The notes beneath the pieces were generated by a model. The model ran no database searches. It worked only from the letters and a program-made list of their open reading frames with translations, and was not told the origin of the DNA. A stretch of 39,134 nt of DNA from an uncultured Deferribacteres bacterium (lineage in GTDB: Bacteria; Zhuqueibacterota; Zhuqueibacteria; Zhuqueibacterales; Geothermadaptataceae): assembly GCA_964014485.1 (NCBI GenBank), contig CAXHAT010000062.1, positions 1-39,134 on the forward strand, given 5' to 3'. Below are positions 25,634 through 35,155 of the stretch, piece by piece (positions within the stretch are counted from its first letter, which is position 1; every line of letters starts with the position of its first letter). The position numbers were made by a program, and so were the translations under genes.

Positions 25634-25945
25634 ATGACACCACTACCACCGCCTCCGCCAATGACACGGCAAATAAGTCGTCATTTGCATCAGACATCTC
25701 AACCCAAAAGACAGACAGGACTGATTGTAGTCAGCATTTTGTTTTACGTATTGTTCGGCTTGTGCCTTTGTTTTCTTTTTTTCATGGTCGCCAACATACC
25801 TCAAACGCTTTCCACCGCAAACACATCAATTCAAAAACAAATTGTGATACAAAACATAATTTCTCAAATCGTCACTGTAAGCGTTGCAAGTTGTGCGTTT
25901 GTTTTTTGTGCTGAAATATCTCGGTTTTTGTGGAAAAAATCATAA
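25634..25945 (+). CDS. Possible small membrane protein on the opposite strand (moron-like)
   Basis: Hydrophobic GLIVVSILFYVLFGLCLCFLFFMV in an AT-rich gap between minus-strand genes. Confidence 0.4.
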   Translation: MTPLPPPPPMTRQISRHLHQTSQPKRQTGLIVVSILFYVLFGLCLCFLFFMVANIPQTLSTANTSIQKQIVIQNIISQIVTVSVASCAFVFCAEISRFLWKKS

Positions 25946-25947
25946 CG

Positions 25948-27234
25948 TTATGGTCCAGGCGCCGGAGCAAAAATGGCCGGCGCGTCGAGTCCAAAGCCAA
26001 GATTCGCTGCCTGCGCAATAAACGCCTTTTGCAATTCCTCGAAAAACGGATCGTTCAGCGGAATGGGATCGTCGTCGTCTTTCATGGCCGCTTCAAACTT
26101 CTCTACTACCTTATTTAGCATCTGCTGTAACGGGCTTTCTCCCCCAGCCAAGGCAACACCGATTGCTTGGCCAATTACGGCTCCTAAGTTAGCGCCGCCG
26201 CCAGCCGCAATCCCACCAATATGCACAAAAACTTCAATGATTTCCGGCAACGCGGCAGCCATTGCCAGCGTGGCCTTGGTTGCCGGTTCGATTTCGTCAA
26301 AAATATTTAAAAGTATTTCAAGTATCTTCGTCCAGGCCTCCATCATGCGTTCTTCGAATTTTCCCCGAAAACGTTCGAAATTCGCCAATTGCGGACCAAG
26401 CGACTCGCTTCTTCTCAGGATAGCAAACTGCTCGCGGATTTCGCTTTCCGCCGACGCCGCAGCAACCGGAGCAGAATAAGGCTTAACTTGCTCGACGGCG
26501 CTAGTAAACGCCGATACCAAACTCTTAACCGCAACTACGGCTCCACCCACTGCCACAGCAAGAGCACCGACTGCAAAGCCCGCTTTGCCGAAAGAACTCG
26601 TCAAAGACGAAACGGCTGTGGCCGCCTCACTTGACGCGCCCACAGTTCTCGCAACAGGCCCACCTATCCGCCCCGCAACGGTCTGAGCGCCTTGCTGATA
26701 TTTCCGAAAGGTGTCAAAAGGTGCTTGACGTTGTTTTTTTTCCTCTTGTTCGGCTTCTCGTTGTTCTCGCGCAAGCCGTCGTTCTTCCGCCTCTTGCTGT
26801 GATATTAATTGCCTTGCCAACGCTTGCTTTTTGCTTGCAATCGCCAGTGCTTGTGCGTCCGCATTTTCGTCTTGCAAAACATTTGCTGATTGCTGAGTAA
26901 CGTCTTGCGTTATTTTTGCCAATGGAGTGCTATGAGCACTGATCGGAGGAAAGTCAGTATCTTGTTTCGGTGCTTGCTGAGAAAATGCACCTGTTTGTTG
27001 AGGAGACTGGCTTTTTTTAGAATCGTCACTAACGATGGCAACTTTAATCGGTTGCTGTTCCGACTCACTTTGAATCGAGGAATCACCGGAAGATGGTGCA
27101 ACTACCTGTTGTGGTTGATTAACCGACGGCGCTGGTGCAAATGACGACGATTGATTAACCGCCGGCTGCGCAGATGGCTGCGAGGTGTTGCCGATTTGAT
27201 CGACCAGTACAATTTCCAGCGCTGCTTTCGCCAC
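25948..27234 (-). CDS. Short tape-measure-like / ejection protein (428 aa)
   Basis: Ala/Gln-rich helical protein with GAVGALAVAVGGAVV-type hydrophobic segments; lies in the tail module. Confidence 0.45.
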   Translation of the reverse strand: MAKAALEIVLVDQIGNTSQPSAQPAVNQSSSFAPAPSVNQPQQVVAPSSGDSSIQSESEQQPIKVAIVSDDSKKSQSPQQTGAFSQQAPKQDTDFPPISAHSTPLAKITQDVTQQSANVLQDENADAQALAIASKKQALARQLISQQEAEERRLAREQREAEQEEKKQRQAPFDTFRKYQQGAQTVAGRIGGPVARTVGASSEAATAVSSLTSSFGKAGFAVGALAVAVGGAVVAVKSLVSAFTSAVEQVKPYSAPVAAASAESEIREQFAILRRSESLGPQLANFERFRGKFEERMMEAWTKILEILLNIFDEIEPATKATLAMAAALPEIIEVFVHIGGIAAGGGANLGAVIGQAIGVALAGGESPLQQMLNKVVEKFEAAMKDDDDPIPLNDPFFEELQKAFIAQAANLGFGLDAPAIFAPAPGP

Positions 27235-27265
27235 AACCTACGCCTCTCATCAAATAAAATCCGCA

Positions 27266-27658
27266 TTAAGAGCGATACAAGTTTTTCGTTTTAATCTCAA
27301 ACACCACATGATACGCCTCGCCGCTCGCCGGCGTAAATTTGTACTCCGCGCGATATATTTTTCCGCCCGCCGCCAATGTCGCAGCCGCCACATCATGGCG
27401 AAAATTATAACCCGTCGTGTCGCGATCCCAACGGTTGTCCGTCTGCAATGTGTCATACACCACATCGGAGACCGTTAACGACCCGCTGGTGGCCTCACTG
27501 CTCGAACCAAGGGTCGTGATATCGTATACCGAATAGGCGATTGAAGACACGTCCGCTTGCTGAATGTTCGCGCCGTCAGTGCCCTCGACGCGAGCCATCA
27601 GACTCACACCGGTGTCTTCCCAGGCAGTTACCTCGTATATTTTTGCAAAATCTGGCAT
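27266..27658 (-). CDS. Virion-associated Ig-like/hypothetical protein
   Basis: Beta-rich 130-aa ORF coupled to the tail tube gene. Confidence 0.5.
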   Translation of the reverse strand: MPDFAKIYEVTAWEDTGVSLMARVEGTDGANIQQADVSSIAYSVYDITTLGSSSEATSGSLTVSDVVYDTLQTDNRWDRDTTGYNFRHDVAAATLAAGGKIYRAEYKFTPASGEAYHVVFEIKTKNLYRS

Positions 27659-28131
27659 TAAGTCACTGTCCCAAACACACCACTCCCGTTCGGGTAAATT
27701 TGTTGCCTAATCGGAACTCGCCGTAACATCGGTGCAAACAAAATCTCGACGGGGAAATTAGGAGCAAGGATCGTCAACGGGAAAGTCAGCGTGGCCGGAG
27801 TTGCCGCGGCCGGAGTGCCGGAGAGCGCCGTCATCACTGTCTGAGCCGCGTTGGCGCTGTCCAGCGTGCCGATCACTGTGTCCATATCTGGATACGACGA
27901 TCCGTAGGGCCAAAACGCCGATGCAGCAGCCGTAGCATTGTACTCCAACATCGTATACTGCAAAAACGCCGACATGCCGCGGAACACCGCATCTTGAGGC
28001 GTCTCGGCAAAATTATCACCGGTAATTATTTCCTTGAACACCTGGTGCGAAACGCGAACGGTATCGTTGCCCGTCTGGCCAACCGTCGACGCTCCGAGCG
28101 TTATCGCATACTTTCCGGCTATAAAAGACAT
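27658..28131 (-). CDS. Putative tail tube protein
   Basis: 157 aa, T/A/G-rich, located after the tail terminator. Confidence 0.5.
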   Translation of the reverse strand: MSFIAGKYAITLGASTVGQTGNDTVRVSHQVFKEIITGDNFAETPQDAVFRGMSAFLQYTMLEYNATAAASAFWPYGSSYPDMDTVIGTLDSANAAQTVMTALSGTPAAATPATLTFPLTILAPNFPVEILFAPMLRRVPIRQQIYPNGSGVFGTVT

Positions 28132-28141
28132 AATTATTTTC

Positions 28142-28570
28142 TCACTTAGTTAATTTCAGCGCTACGCCGTTCACGAAACACTTTCGCCCGACTTTAGATA
28201 AACATGTTGGGCAGTTTATCGCCGACGAATCGCCGCTAGCCGCCTCGCCGTTATCCTCCGTCGCCAGCGTTACGCGCTTATGATCGCAGGCCATTTTCCA
28301 ACGCAGGCCAAATTCGCCCACGATCGGACCTTTGTTGTCCCGGATCAACAAGTGAATCAACGCCCGCTTGGAAACCGTCGGCGGGCCGCACTTGCACTTT
28401 GGGCATTCGGGATACTCGCCCTCAAACTCGTAATATCTCGCCGTCGATATTTCCTTGCATTCGGGATTGCGACAACGCCACACCACCGGCTGTTTGAGCG
28501 TCTGCCCTTCAAGCACAAGCGGAGGGGGATGCAACACCGGCACTTCGATATGTGGTTCGCCTTGAATCAT
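28142..28570 (-). CDS. Zn-finger protein
   Basis: CRNPEC, CPKC and CPTC motifs. Confidence 0.65.
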   Translation of the reverse strand: MIQGEPHIEVPVLHPPPLVLEGQTLKQPVVWRCRNPECKEISTARYYEFEGEYPECPKCKCGPPTVSKRALIHLLIRDNKGPIVGEFGLRWKMACDHKRVTLATEDNGEAASGDSSAINCPTCLSKVGRKCFVNGVALKLTK

Positions 28571-29124
28571 GAATAAGTTCGCGTTTGTATGCGTCTAGCT
28601 TTAATATAAGTCGCTTCCCGCATAATACCAGCTTGCGACTCACTTCGCGAATCGGCGAAAAACTCTGCGCCAATAGCCTGCGGATGACCATTGCCGGACC
28701 ACTGAAGCGGTTCAATAAAGCCCTCCGATGATCCGGCCTCATCAGTCAGTATAGTATTCGCATCGTCGTTCACCGTGTATTGAAAATCAATTTGATCTTT
28801 AATCTCTTGCAAGTACGCGTTAATTGACGTTAATGTGTTGAAGTACAAGTTGCGTCGTCGGTCGCGAGGATACATCGGCGCTCGCATTACTACGGCGATA
28901 CGCACGCTCACGAGTTCGTCAATTACCGTTCCCGCGATGTATTCTGGCCCCGCCTGCACGCCTCCGCTTAACACGCATACGTACACGTTGCCGGCTGCGC
29001 TGGGCGCCATCGCGTCGTACTCGACGTTGACTTGATGCGACTCGAACTGCGTGTAATCGCGGATACGGTTCCGCACCGCTCGAAGCAACGCGCTCTCCGT
29101 GTCGTTTACGCCTTGCTGCGCCAT
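28567..29124 (-). CDS. Putative tail terminator/completion protein
   Basis: Size and position after the gpG-like gene. Confidence 0.5.
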   Translation of the reverse strand: MAQQGVNDTESALLRAVRNRIRDYTQFESHQVNVEYDAMAPSAAGNVYVCVLSGGVQAGPEYIAGTVIDELVSVRIAVVMRAPMYPRDRRRNLYFNTLTSINAYLQEIKDQIDFQYTVNDDANTILTDEAGSSEGFIEPLQWSGNGHPQAIGAEFFADSRSESQAGIMREATYIKARRIQTRTYS

Positions 29125-29900
29125 TAATTACCTCCCTGCGTATACACTTCTTCCGCAGCAACTCGCAAGGACGCAACGCCAATGTCAATCCAGCGCTGCC
29201 ACCACGTTTCCGGTATGCTCGATTCAGTCGGCGGCAAAAAAGGCCGGGCTGGAATGTTTCTCGCGCTATCACCTTGTTGGTGAGTAGCTGCATACTGTAC
29301 GTTTGTGCCTACGATCACGCCGTTTTGATGCACGTCAAACACCTGCTGATCGCCGCCATCTTGTGAGGGACGTTGATACGTTGCTGACGCCCCCGCACCT
29401 GACAATAACCCAGGGGAAAGCGAGTTGAACAGTACGCCGGTGTCCCGCAAAATCTCCACCTCGCGTCCGCCCAGTGTCTCCACCTTTGTTTTGCCGGTCT
29501 CCCGCGTGGCTACCTGTGCGGCGGCGCGGCGCGCCCTTGCCCTCGCCTCCGATTCCGGCATGCTAAGCCGAAAGCGTTTGAACAAACGTCGCTCCGCATT
29601 CCGCCGCACACGCTCCCTCTCTTTAATATCCGCATCGTTGTCCTTGTCTCTCGGCCCCACGCGGCGGTTAGCGATGGTCGCCGGCTTAAGCGGTTCCCAC
29701 TTGATCCCCATCTCATCGGTTCCGCCGCGGGCCTTTTCGATGTATGCTTGTTTTATGTCGGACAGCGCGCCGAAACCCAGCGAAAGCAAAAAACCGCGGC
29801 GCACGCCGAACGTGTCTGCCTCGCGCCCGGCCAACATGTTAGCCAGCGCGAAACTTACTGCTCGTAACTCTTGCCGTGTCCCTCGAAAATAAATGGCCAT
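29124..29900 (-). CDS. Virion morphogenesis protein (Mu gpG / tail completion S-like)
   Basis: KWEPLKPAT, ILRDTGVL, VGTNVQYAATHQQG, IPARPFL. Confidence 0.85.
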   Translation of the reverse strand: MAIYFRGTRQELRAVSFALANMLAGREADTFGVRRGFLLSLGFGALSDIKQAYIEKARGGTDEMGIKWEPLKPATIANRRVGPRDKDNDADIKERERVRRNAERRLFKRFRLSMPESEARARARRAAAQVATRETGKTKVETLGGREVEILRDTGVLFNSLSPGLLSGAGASATYQRPSQDGGDQQVFDVHQNGVIVGTNVQYAATHQQGDSARNIPARPFLPPTESSIPETWWQRWIDIGVASLRVAAEEVYTQGGN

Positions 29901-30117
29901 TACTCTTTTAACGCCGACGCCGACACCAACAAAACTCACTTACACCGAAGTCGCCGAAGCGCTTGGAATTGACGACGCCGAAACGTTTCGTCGAATGTTG
30001 CAGCAAGAGTGGTTTTGCCCAAAGGAGGTTAAACGCGTTCTATCAAAAAAATCAAACATATCCGCTCTTCGCTCAGCAACTTTATTTCACGCGAATCAGT
30101 CCCAAACACCTGGATAA
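29893..30117 (+). CDS. Possible small HTH protein on the opposite strand
   Basis: LTYTEVAEALGIDD in the gap between two minus-strand genes. Confidence 0.4.
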   Translation: MAITLLTPTPTPTKLTYTEVAEALGIDDAETFRRMLQQEWFCPKEVKRVLSKKSNISALRSATLFHANQSQTPG

Positions 30118-30605
30118 TCGTTCGCCACGTCCTGCGTAAGCTCCGTGGTGGGATCGCTGCTGTTGGCCTGCGACACTCGCGCCTTGCTGCGACGATAACG
30201 CCGATCGATCACCACATTACTCATCGTCGGGCGCATGTCCGCTCTCAACGATACGCCTGGCAGTTTGAGCGTCCCCGATGCAATCTTGGTCAAATTATCG
30301 TACAGACGCTTGACCATCTCTTCCCACGCAGCCGGCGGCGGGTTGCCTCGCGTCTGCGATAAGAAGTAAGCGGCCAACAACGTACACCAACGGCTCACAA
30401 GCTCACTGCCCGACAGACCACTCTCGCTGTAACGCTGCGTGGCGTACATATCAATTTCTTCGGTCGCCCAATTGATCGCATCCTCGATCACGTCCGAATT
30501 CGGTTCTCCATCCTCCTCGTGATCGGACGCCATCAAGGCAAACGCATGCGACATGAACCGCTGCACTTTGGCTACTGAGGTATAAACAGTTGCTAATAAA
30601 GCCAT
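30096..30605 (-). CDS. Head-tail adaptor (Mu gp36/DUF1320-like)
   Basis: IEDAINWATEEIDMYATQRY...WCTLLAAYFL...LTKIASG. Confidence 0.8.
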   Translation of the reverse strand: MALLATVYTSVAKVQRFMSHAFALMASDHEEDGEPNSDVIEDAINWATEEIDMYATQRYSESGLSGSELVSRWCTLLAAYFLSQTRGNPPPAAWEEMVKRLYDNLTKIASGTLKLPGVSLRADMRPTMSNVVIDRRYRRSKARVSQANSSDPTTELTQDVANDYPGVWD

Positions 30606-30616
30606 GCTTTTTCCAC

Positions 30617-30653
30617 AAAAAAAGCCGACGCGCGATTGAACGCGTCGCCGGCT
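30617..30653 (-). terminator. Terminator after the capsid genes
   Basis: GC stem with GACGCG/CGCGTC followed by T7. Confidence 0.6.
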
Positions 30654-30674
30654 TAACACAAAGGAAAGGCGTTG

Positions 30675-31091
30675 TTATGTCATTTTACCGTCTGCCGATG
30701 TCGGTAAATAATAAGCTACTATTTCAAGCACGCCGGCAGACACTGCCGCCGTCGCCACCGTAATAATCACATTTCCCTCAAGCGATTTGTCGGCCAAGGG
30801 CGCGCTAACACCCACTTCCGGCGTTGCGTCGTGCCACCAATCGCCGTCGTCAATATCAGTAGCAGTCGTTTGCGCCACTAGAGACGCAGTGTTACCCGAT
30901 ACTCCCATCTCAACGGTGGCCGTCGCACCCGCCAAATCCGTCGTACATCGCACGGACATGTGTTGAAGCCACACCCCGCCCGTAACGGTGAAAATCGCTA
31001 CGGTCCCAACCGCGCCGCTACCTGATCCGCCGTCAAAAGTTACCGTTTTGGTAACTTTCTTCGGCACCCTTGCTGTAAAAGGAACTGCCAT
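30675..31091 (-). CDS. Small capsid-associated structural protein
   Basis: T/A/G/V-rich, directly after the MCP. Confidence 0.55.
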   Translation of the reverse strand: MAVPFTARVPKKVTKTVTFDGGSGSGAVGTVAIFTVTGGVWLQHMSVRCTTDLAGATATVEMGVSGNTASLVAQTTATDIDDGDWWHDATPEVGVSAPLADKSLEGNVIITVATAAVSAGVLEIVAYYLPTSADGKMT

Positions 31092-31128
31092 AGTTCTAAG
31101 TTATATTTTGTTAATGTTACCCGAACAA

Positions 31129-32265
31129 TTAGAACACAACGGTTCCATACGCAACCGACTTAGGAATGTAGTTGCACGGCAAGGCGTTGTCGAGTGTGAA
31201 CATCTCCCATCCCGTGGGGTTGAAGCTCGTTTTCGTCCAAGAGTCCGCGCCCACCTTGACCACTTGCGGGGCGTTTTCGTATTCGGCAATCGGCTCGCTC
31301 CCAAGCAGCATTTCAAAGTTCTGGTTGGTTGGGTCGCCCATAAATACCGCGGCCGTGTCTTCCCAGTGTTTTGTATACGTTTCGCTGCCCGGCGCACCAA
31401 TCTCCAAGCCTGAATCAGAAATGTGAAACTCCACGTAGGGAACTGCGCGGATAGTGCCGATTTTCTCATTAATCGGTCTGCCGTCTGGACCCTCGCCGAT
31501 CTTGCGCTTGAACGTTTCGAAAGGAGTGTTTGCAATGCCCGCACCGGCCGCAACGTAATCGTTTGTAACGACGTGGTTCCAGATTGTGCTCGTGCAATGT
31601 ACGTGCTCTAATCGTCCGCCCCAAAGCTCTTGGAAAGCCGCGTCAATATCCAGCAAGTGCTTGGGAATATTTGCGCCCGCATTGTCCCAACTCACATCGA
31701 TAATGTCGCCGTCGCCCAGCATATCAAGTTGGCTTTTGTTGCCAGCCGGCATCTGATAATTGATTTGAGCGAGGTTGCCGCTAGAAGTGTAAGACGGATA
31801 CCACACATCGCCTTGCGTGTGAAGATAAAGCGAGTCGCGAAGCATTCCCACCACCAGCGCTGTACGCCAGTTGCCGAGTCGCTGCGCGGGAGGGACCATC
31901 TGCTTTTTCAAATAATCCGCGCCCATCTCGTCGCGTGCGGCGTCGCTGACACCAAGGCGAGCGAAGTTGTGGATTTCTTCAGCGAGCAAATACACCGCTT
32001 CGTGATGCCGCGGGAAAGTGAACGGCACACGACCAACGGAATTACGCGCGCGGTTGGCCGCGGCCGTTCCAGGCGCGCGTCCCCACCCCGCCGTTCGAAC
32101 GTTGTTGAAAACCTCGAACGTCCCTGATCGGCCACCCACTACGTATTCGTTGGGTCCGCCGGGCTGCATGCCCATAAAATTCAGAACGCTGTTGGTCGTC
32201 GCAGCAATCTGCGACACCAACCGCGCTACAACTCTTGGCCGAAGAATGTCGTGGATACTTGCCAC
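31129..32265 (-). CDS. Major capsid protein (lambda gpE-like, HK97 fold)
   Basis: 378 aa; position after protease and decoration genes; INYQMP and SWDNAGANI resemble capsid-E motifs. Confidence 0.8.
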   Translation of the reverse strand: MASIHDILRPRVVARLVSQIAATTNSVLNFMGMQPGGPNEYVVGGRSGTFEVFNNVRTAGWGRAPGTAAANRARNSVGRVPFTFPRHHEAVYLLAEEIHNFARLGVSDAARDEMGADYLKKQMVPPAQRLGNWRTALVVGMLRDSLYLHTQGDVWYPSYTSSGNLAQINYQMPAGNKSQLDMLGDGDIIDVSWDNAGANIPKHLLDIDAAFQELWGGRLEHVHCTSTIWNHVVTNDYVAAGAGIANTPFETFKRKIGEGPDGRPINEKIGTIRAVPYVEFHISDSGLEIGAPGSETYTKHWEDTAAVFMGDPTNQNFEMLLGSEPIAEYENAPQVVKVGADSWTKTSFNPTGWEMFTLDNALPCNYIPKSVAYGTVVF

Positions 32266-32374
32266 AATTAAACCCTATGTCCGCCCCACGGACGCACTCC
32301 CTGTTATAAGACGGTGGAAGCTTCCTGGGGGGGAAGGATTCAGGGGCCAGCCTATCCACCGTTTGTTCGTTACA

Positions 32375-33211
32375 CTACTCTGTCGCCGTCGCCACCGTCA
32401 GATAATCGTCGGTGCTAAACGGAACCTTATCGATACGCACCAACCACTTGAGGGTTGTCGCAAAGTATATGCATTCAAAAGTCAATCTCGCACCAATTTG
32501 CTCGCTTGCAGTCGTGTAAGTTACGCTGTCAGCGCTTAAATCGTTTCCGATGATAATATCATCGCCAGCCGCGCTGGAAACTTTTAATTCCTGATCCGCC
32601 GCCATCACAAACTGATACTTGAGTCCCGGATGGATCGTGGGCAACGTGTATTCGGTGTCCGCGCCGCTCGACACAAAAATTGTGCCGTTGTCAGCTTCGA
32701 CCACTGTATAATCCGCAGTCTTGTTCGCAAATCGTTCGTTGCCAGCCTTCCAGCCCATCGGGTCATCGTCAAACACAAACCCGGCACTCCACATCATGCG
32801 CCGCGCCAAAAACTCATCGACGTGTGTTGTAAAAGCAGTGCCTTGAATAAGCAATTCATTCACGCGCACCGGTCCGCGGAGCAAAACACGCCAAGCGCGG
32901 TCCGCGTTGTTGGCGTTGAAATCCTGCATGCGAAGCTCTTCGGCCAAAATGCCGTAAATCTTCTCACTGCCATCGCTCGCGTCGGCATCCCACTCTTCCA
33001 GTTCGCTGCCGGAAGTGAGTTGTCCTAGCAAAAGACCGGGGCGCAAAACCGTAGTGGGCGAATTGCCCGCATCACGCGCAGCGCCGGAAATGATCGCCGA
33101 GCCAAACAATGCCTGCCCCTTGGCGCGGTCATCGACCCAAAGGATTTCCTTCTCGGTGGTCTGTTCAAGCGAGCCGAAACCGGGCGCGCTGGGTCCGCCT
33201 AAAAATGTCAT
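32375..33211 (-). CDS. Head decoration protein with C-terminal extension
   Basis: TVLRPGLLLGQLT...DASDGSEKIYGIL resembles the lambda gpD-like pattern. Confidence 0.7.
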   Translation of the reverse strand: MTFLGGPSAPGFGSLEQTTEKEILWVDDRAKGQALFGSAIISGAARDAGNSPTTVLRPGLLLGQLTSGSELEEWDADASDGSEKIYGILAEELRMQDFNANNADRAWRVLLRGPVRVNELLIQGTAFTTHVDEFLARRMMWSAGFVFDDDPMGWKAGNERFANKTADYTVVEADNGTIFVSSGADTEYTLPTIHPGLKYQFVMAADQELKVSSAAGDDIIIGNDLSADSVTYTTASEQIGARLTFECIYFATTLKWLVRIDKVPFSTDDYLTVATATE

Positions 33212-33227
33212 AGTTTGCCTCTAATGG

Positions 33228-34538
33228 CTATACTTTGGTGGTCTCAGATGAAAACATGCGATTCTTTTTGAAGACATCATCAATTACTTTTTGCGCGTCT
33301 TCGTCGCTGATATCGTCGAACTTCCCGCTGACGTGCGGAGGTTGATCTTTCGCCGTGATCGTCGGGCTTGCCATACGCAAATGCTGCTGCAAATCCACCA
33401 CGCTGTTTTCCGGGATTGCTTCGCGGCTTTCGATCCACTTTTCCGGGTCGGTCTTTCCAACAGTGCCGTTGGCCTTCACCGATAATCTCTGAACTTTAAT
33501 GAGCGACATCTGCCGCTTCATCTCGGACGGCGTGCATCGGCCTGTTTGCGATAAATGTTCAAGACGCTCCATCAGCGACAAGCGATGACGGCCAGTGAAC
33601 ATTTTCTCTTGAGCGACCATTTGTTGTTTCATGCCCTTTAGCTGCTTGTCATATCGCTGAGACAACGCGGCAAATTCAGGCGGAACTGCGTTCATTTCTT
33701 CGGTCCCTTCTTCTGGAACATCCTCGGTCATATCTTCCTCTTCGTACTCATCCATCTCTTCCTCGTTGGCGTTGAGCGCGTTAATAACCGCGGTCATGAG
33801 GAGTACAAATCCTTCGTCGCTCATCGGGTCGAAATCAACCGGGATCTCCGCGCCGACGCGGCTCATGACTTCTTCCGCTAAAGTCTTGTACTGCCCGCCG
33901 TCGTCCTCACCCGGCCCGTCGTTGTCGGACTCAACAGACTCGTCGGTGAAGTCTTCTTCGCCTTCCATTTCGTCTTCGTTGTCGTAATCCATTTCGTCGT
34001 CATCGCCCATGCGGTACACTTTCGGTTTTCCCATATCCAATCCCATTCGTATGGCGCATGCGATCGCGCCGGATTCAACAGGCTCAAAAGGGCTTTGCGA
34101 ATCATCAACGGGATGATTCACGAAATCTACGTGTGTGATCGTATCTTTGTAGTTTCTACCTCGGCCGTCCTGCCACTCCGAAAAAATGACCGGCGAAACA
34201 TAAACGCTATTCGACTCCGCCTTGGCCGCGGCTGCGGGATCGTGAATATCCATCAGAATTTCGGCCTGACCATTCTTCACCGAAAAATTTTCCAGCTTTC
34301 CGACCGTGTTGGATGCCGACCTCTTCTTAAAATCGTTGATCGAGAGCGGGACGGCGTTGGTTGGGTCGTCGTCATGGTCCCAGTCGATCGGCACAATCTG
34401 GTTATTGCGTCGCAACCGATTGAACTGCTTTTCCCAATGCTTGAGCCTCTGCGGCGTAACGTCCACTACGCCGTCGGGCGAGACATATCGTCCCGGTTTG
34501 AGAATCGCCTTGCGAAATTTTTTAGATGAAGCAACCAT
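33228..34538 (-). CDS. Prohead protease/scaffold (Mu gpI-like)
   Basis: PIDWDH, YVSPVI, THVDFVNHP; acidic scaffold-like C-terminal half. Confidence 0.8.
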   Translation of the reverse strand: MVASSKKFRKAILKPGRYVSPDGVVDVTPQRLKHWEKQFNRLRRNNQIVPIDWDHDDDPTNAVPLSINDFKKRSASNTVGKLENFSVKNGQAEILMDIHDPAAAAKAESNSVYVSPVIFSEWQDGRGRNYKDTITHVDFVNHPVDDSQSPFEPVESGAIACAIRMGLDMGKPKVYRMGDDDEMDYDNEDEMEGEEDFTDESVESDNDGPGEDDGGQYKTLAEEVMSRVGAEIPVDFDPMSDEGFVLLMTAVINALNANEEEMDEYEEEDMTEDVPEEGTEEMNAVPPEFAALSQRYDKQLKGMKQQMVAQEKMFTGRHRLSLMERLEHLSQTGRCTPSEMKRQMSLIKVQRLSVKANGTVGKTDPEKWIESREAIPENSVVDLQQHLRMASPTITAKDQPPHVSGKFDDISDEDAQKVIDDVFKKNRMFSSETTKV

Positions 34539-34652
34539 TACTATAGATGTAACGGATGCTTGCTATTACAAAAAGGAAGATATTTTAAAAGAAGTCACTA
34601 AATGTGATTGAACGCTACCAAACACTACCAAACAGATGCAAAAAAAGCGCAT

Positions 34653-34680
34653 AAAAAAAACGCCCCGTGAAAGGGGCGTT
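34653..34680 (-). terminator. Rho-independent terminator closing array B
   Basis: AACGCCCC-TTTCAC-GGGGCGTT followed by a T-run on the minus strand. Confidence 0.85.
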
Positions 34681-34708
34681 AAGAAAAATTGTCATTGCGT
34701 GCGCTTAT

Positions 34709-35149
34709 CTCGCAATCCCCACGTGCGCGCGAATCGAAGCGCACCGCCAACACTCTCGCCAACACTCTCGCAATCCCCACGTGCACGCGAAGTGCACCTC
34801 CCTTGACATTATTTCGCTACGCGGACGCCTGGTCTCGCAATCCCCACGTGCGCGCGAAGCGCACCGTGCTCTCCGGTCGGCAATCAATATTGCCGGTGAT
34901 ACTCGCAATCCCCGCGTGCGCGCGAATCGCACCTTTTTGCTTCTTTTATCTCGCAATCCCCGCGTACGCGCGAAGCGCACCCTGGCTGAGCATGGGCGAC
35001 TACAAGAGGCTGTGGCGCTCGCAATCCCCGCGTGCGCGCGAAGCACGCCATTTATTTATGACCGTAATCTCGCAATCCCCACGTGCGCGCGAAACGCACC
35101 TTGAACAAACCTATCCAAAAGCATCGAAACCCGCACTCGCAATCCCCAC
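34709..35149 (-). CRISPR. CRISPR array B: 7 full repeats plus one 3'-half repeat; consensus GGTGCGCTTCGCGCGCACGTGGGGATTGCGAG (32 nt)
   Basis: Repeat starts (+) at 34709, 34767, 34834, 34902, 34950, 35018, 35069 and 35136. Spacers are 21, 35, 36, 16, 36, 19 and 35 nt. Repeats carry a GTGCGC/GCGCAC hairpin. Confidence 0.93.
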
Positions 35150-35155
35150 ATCTCT

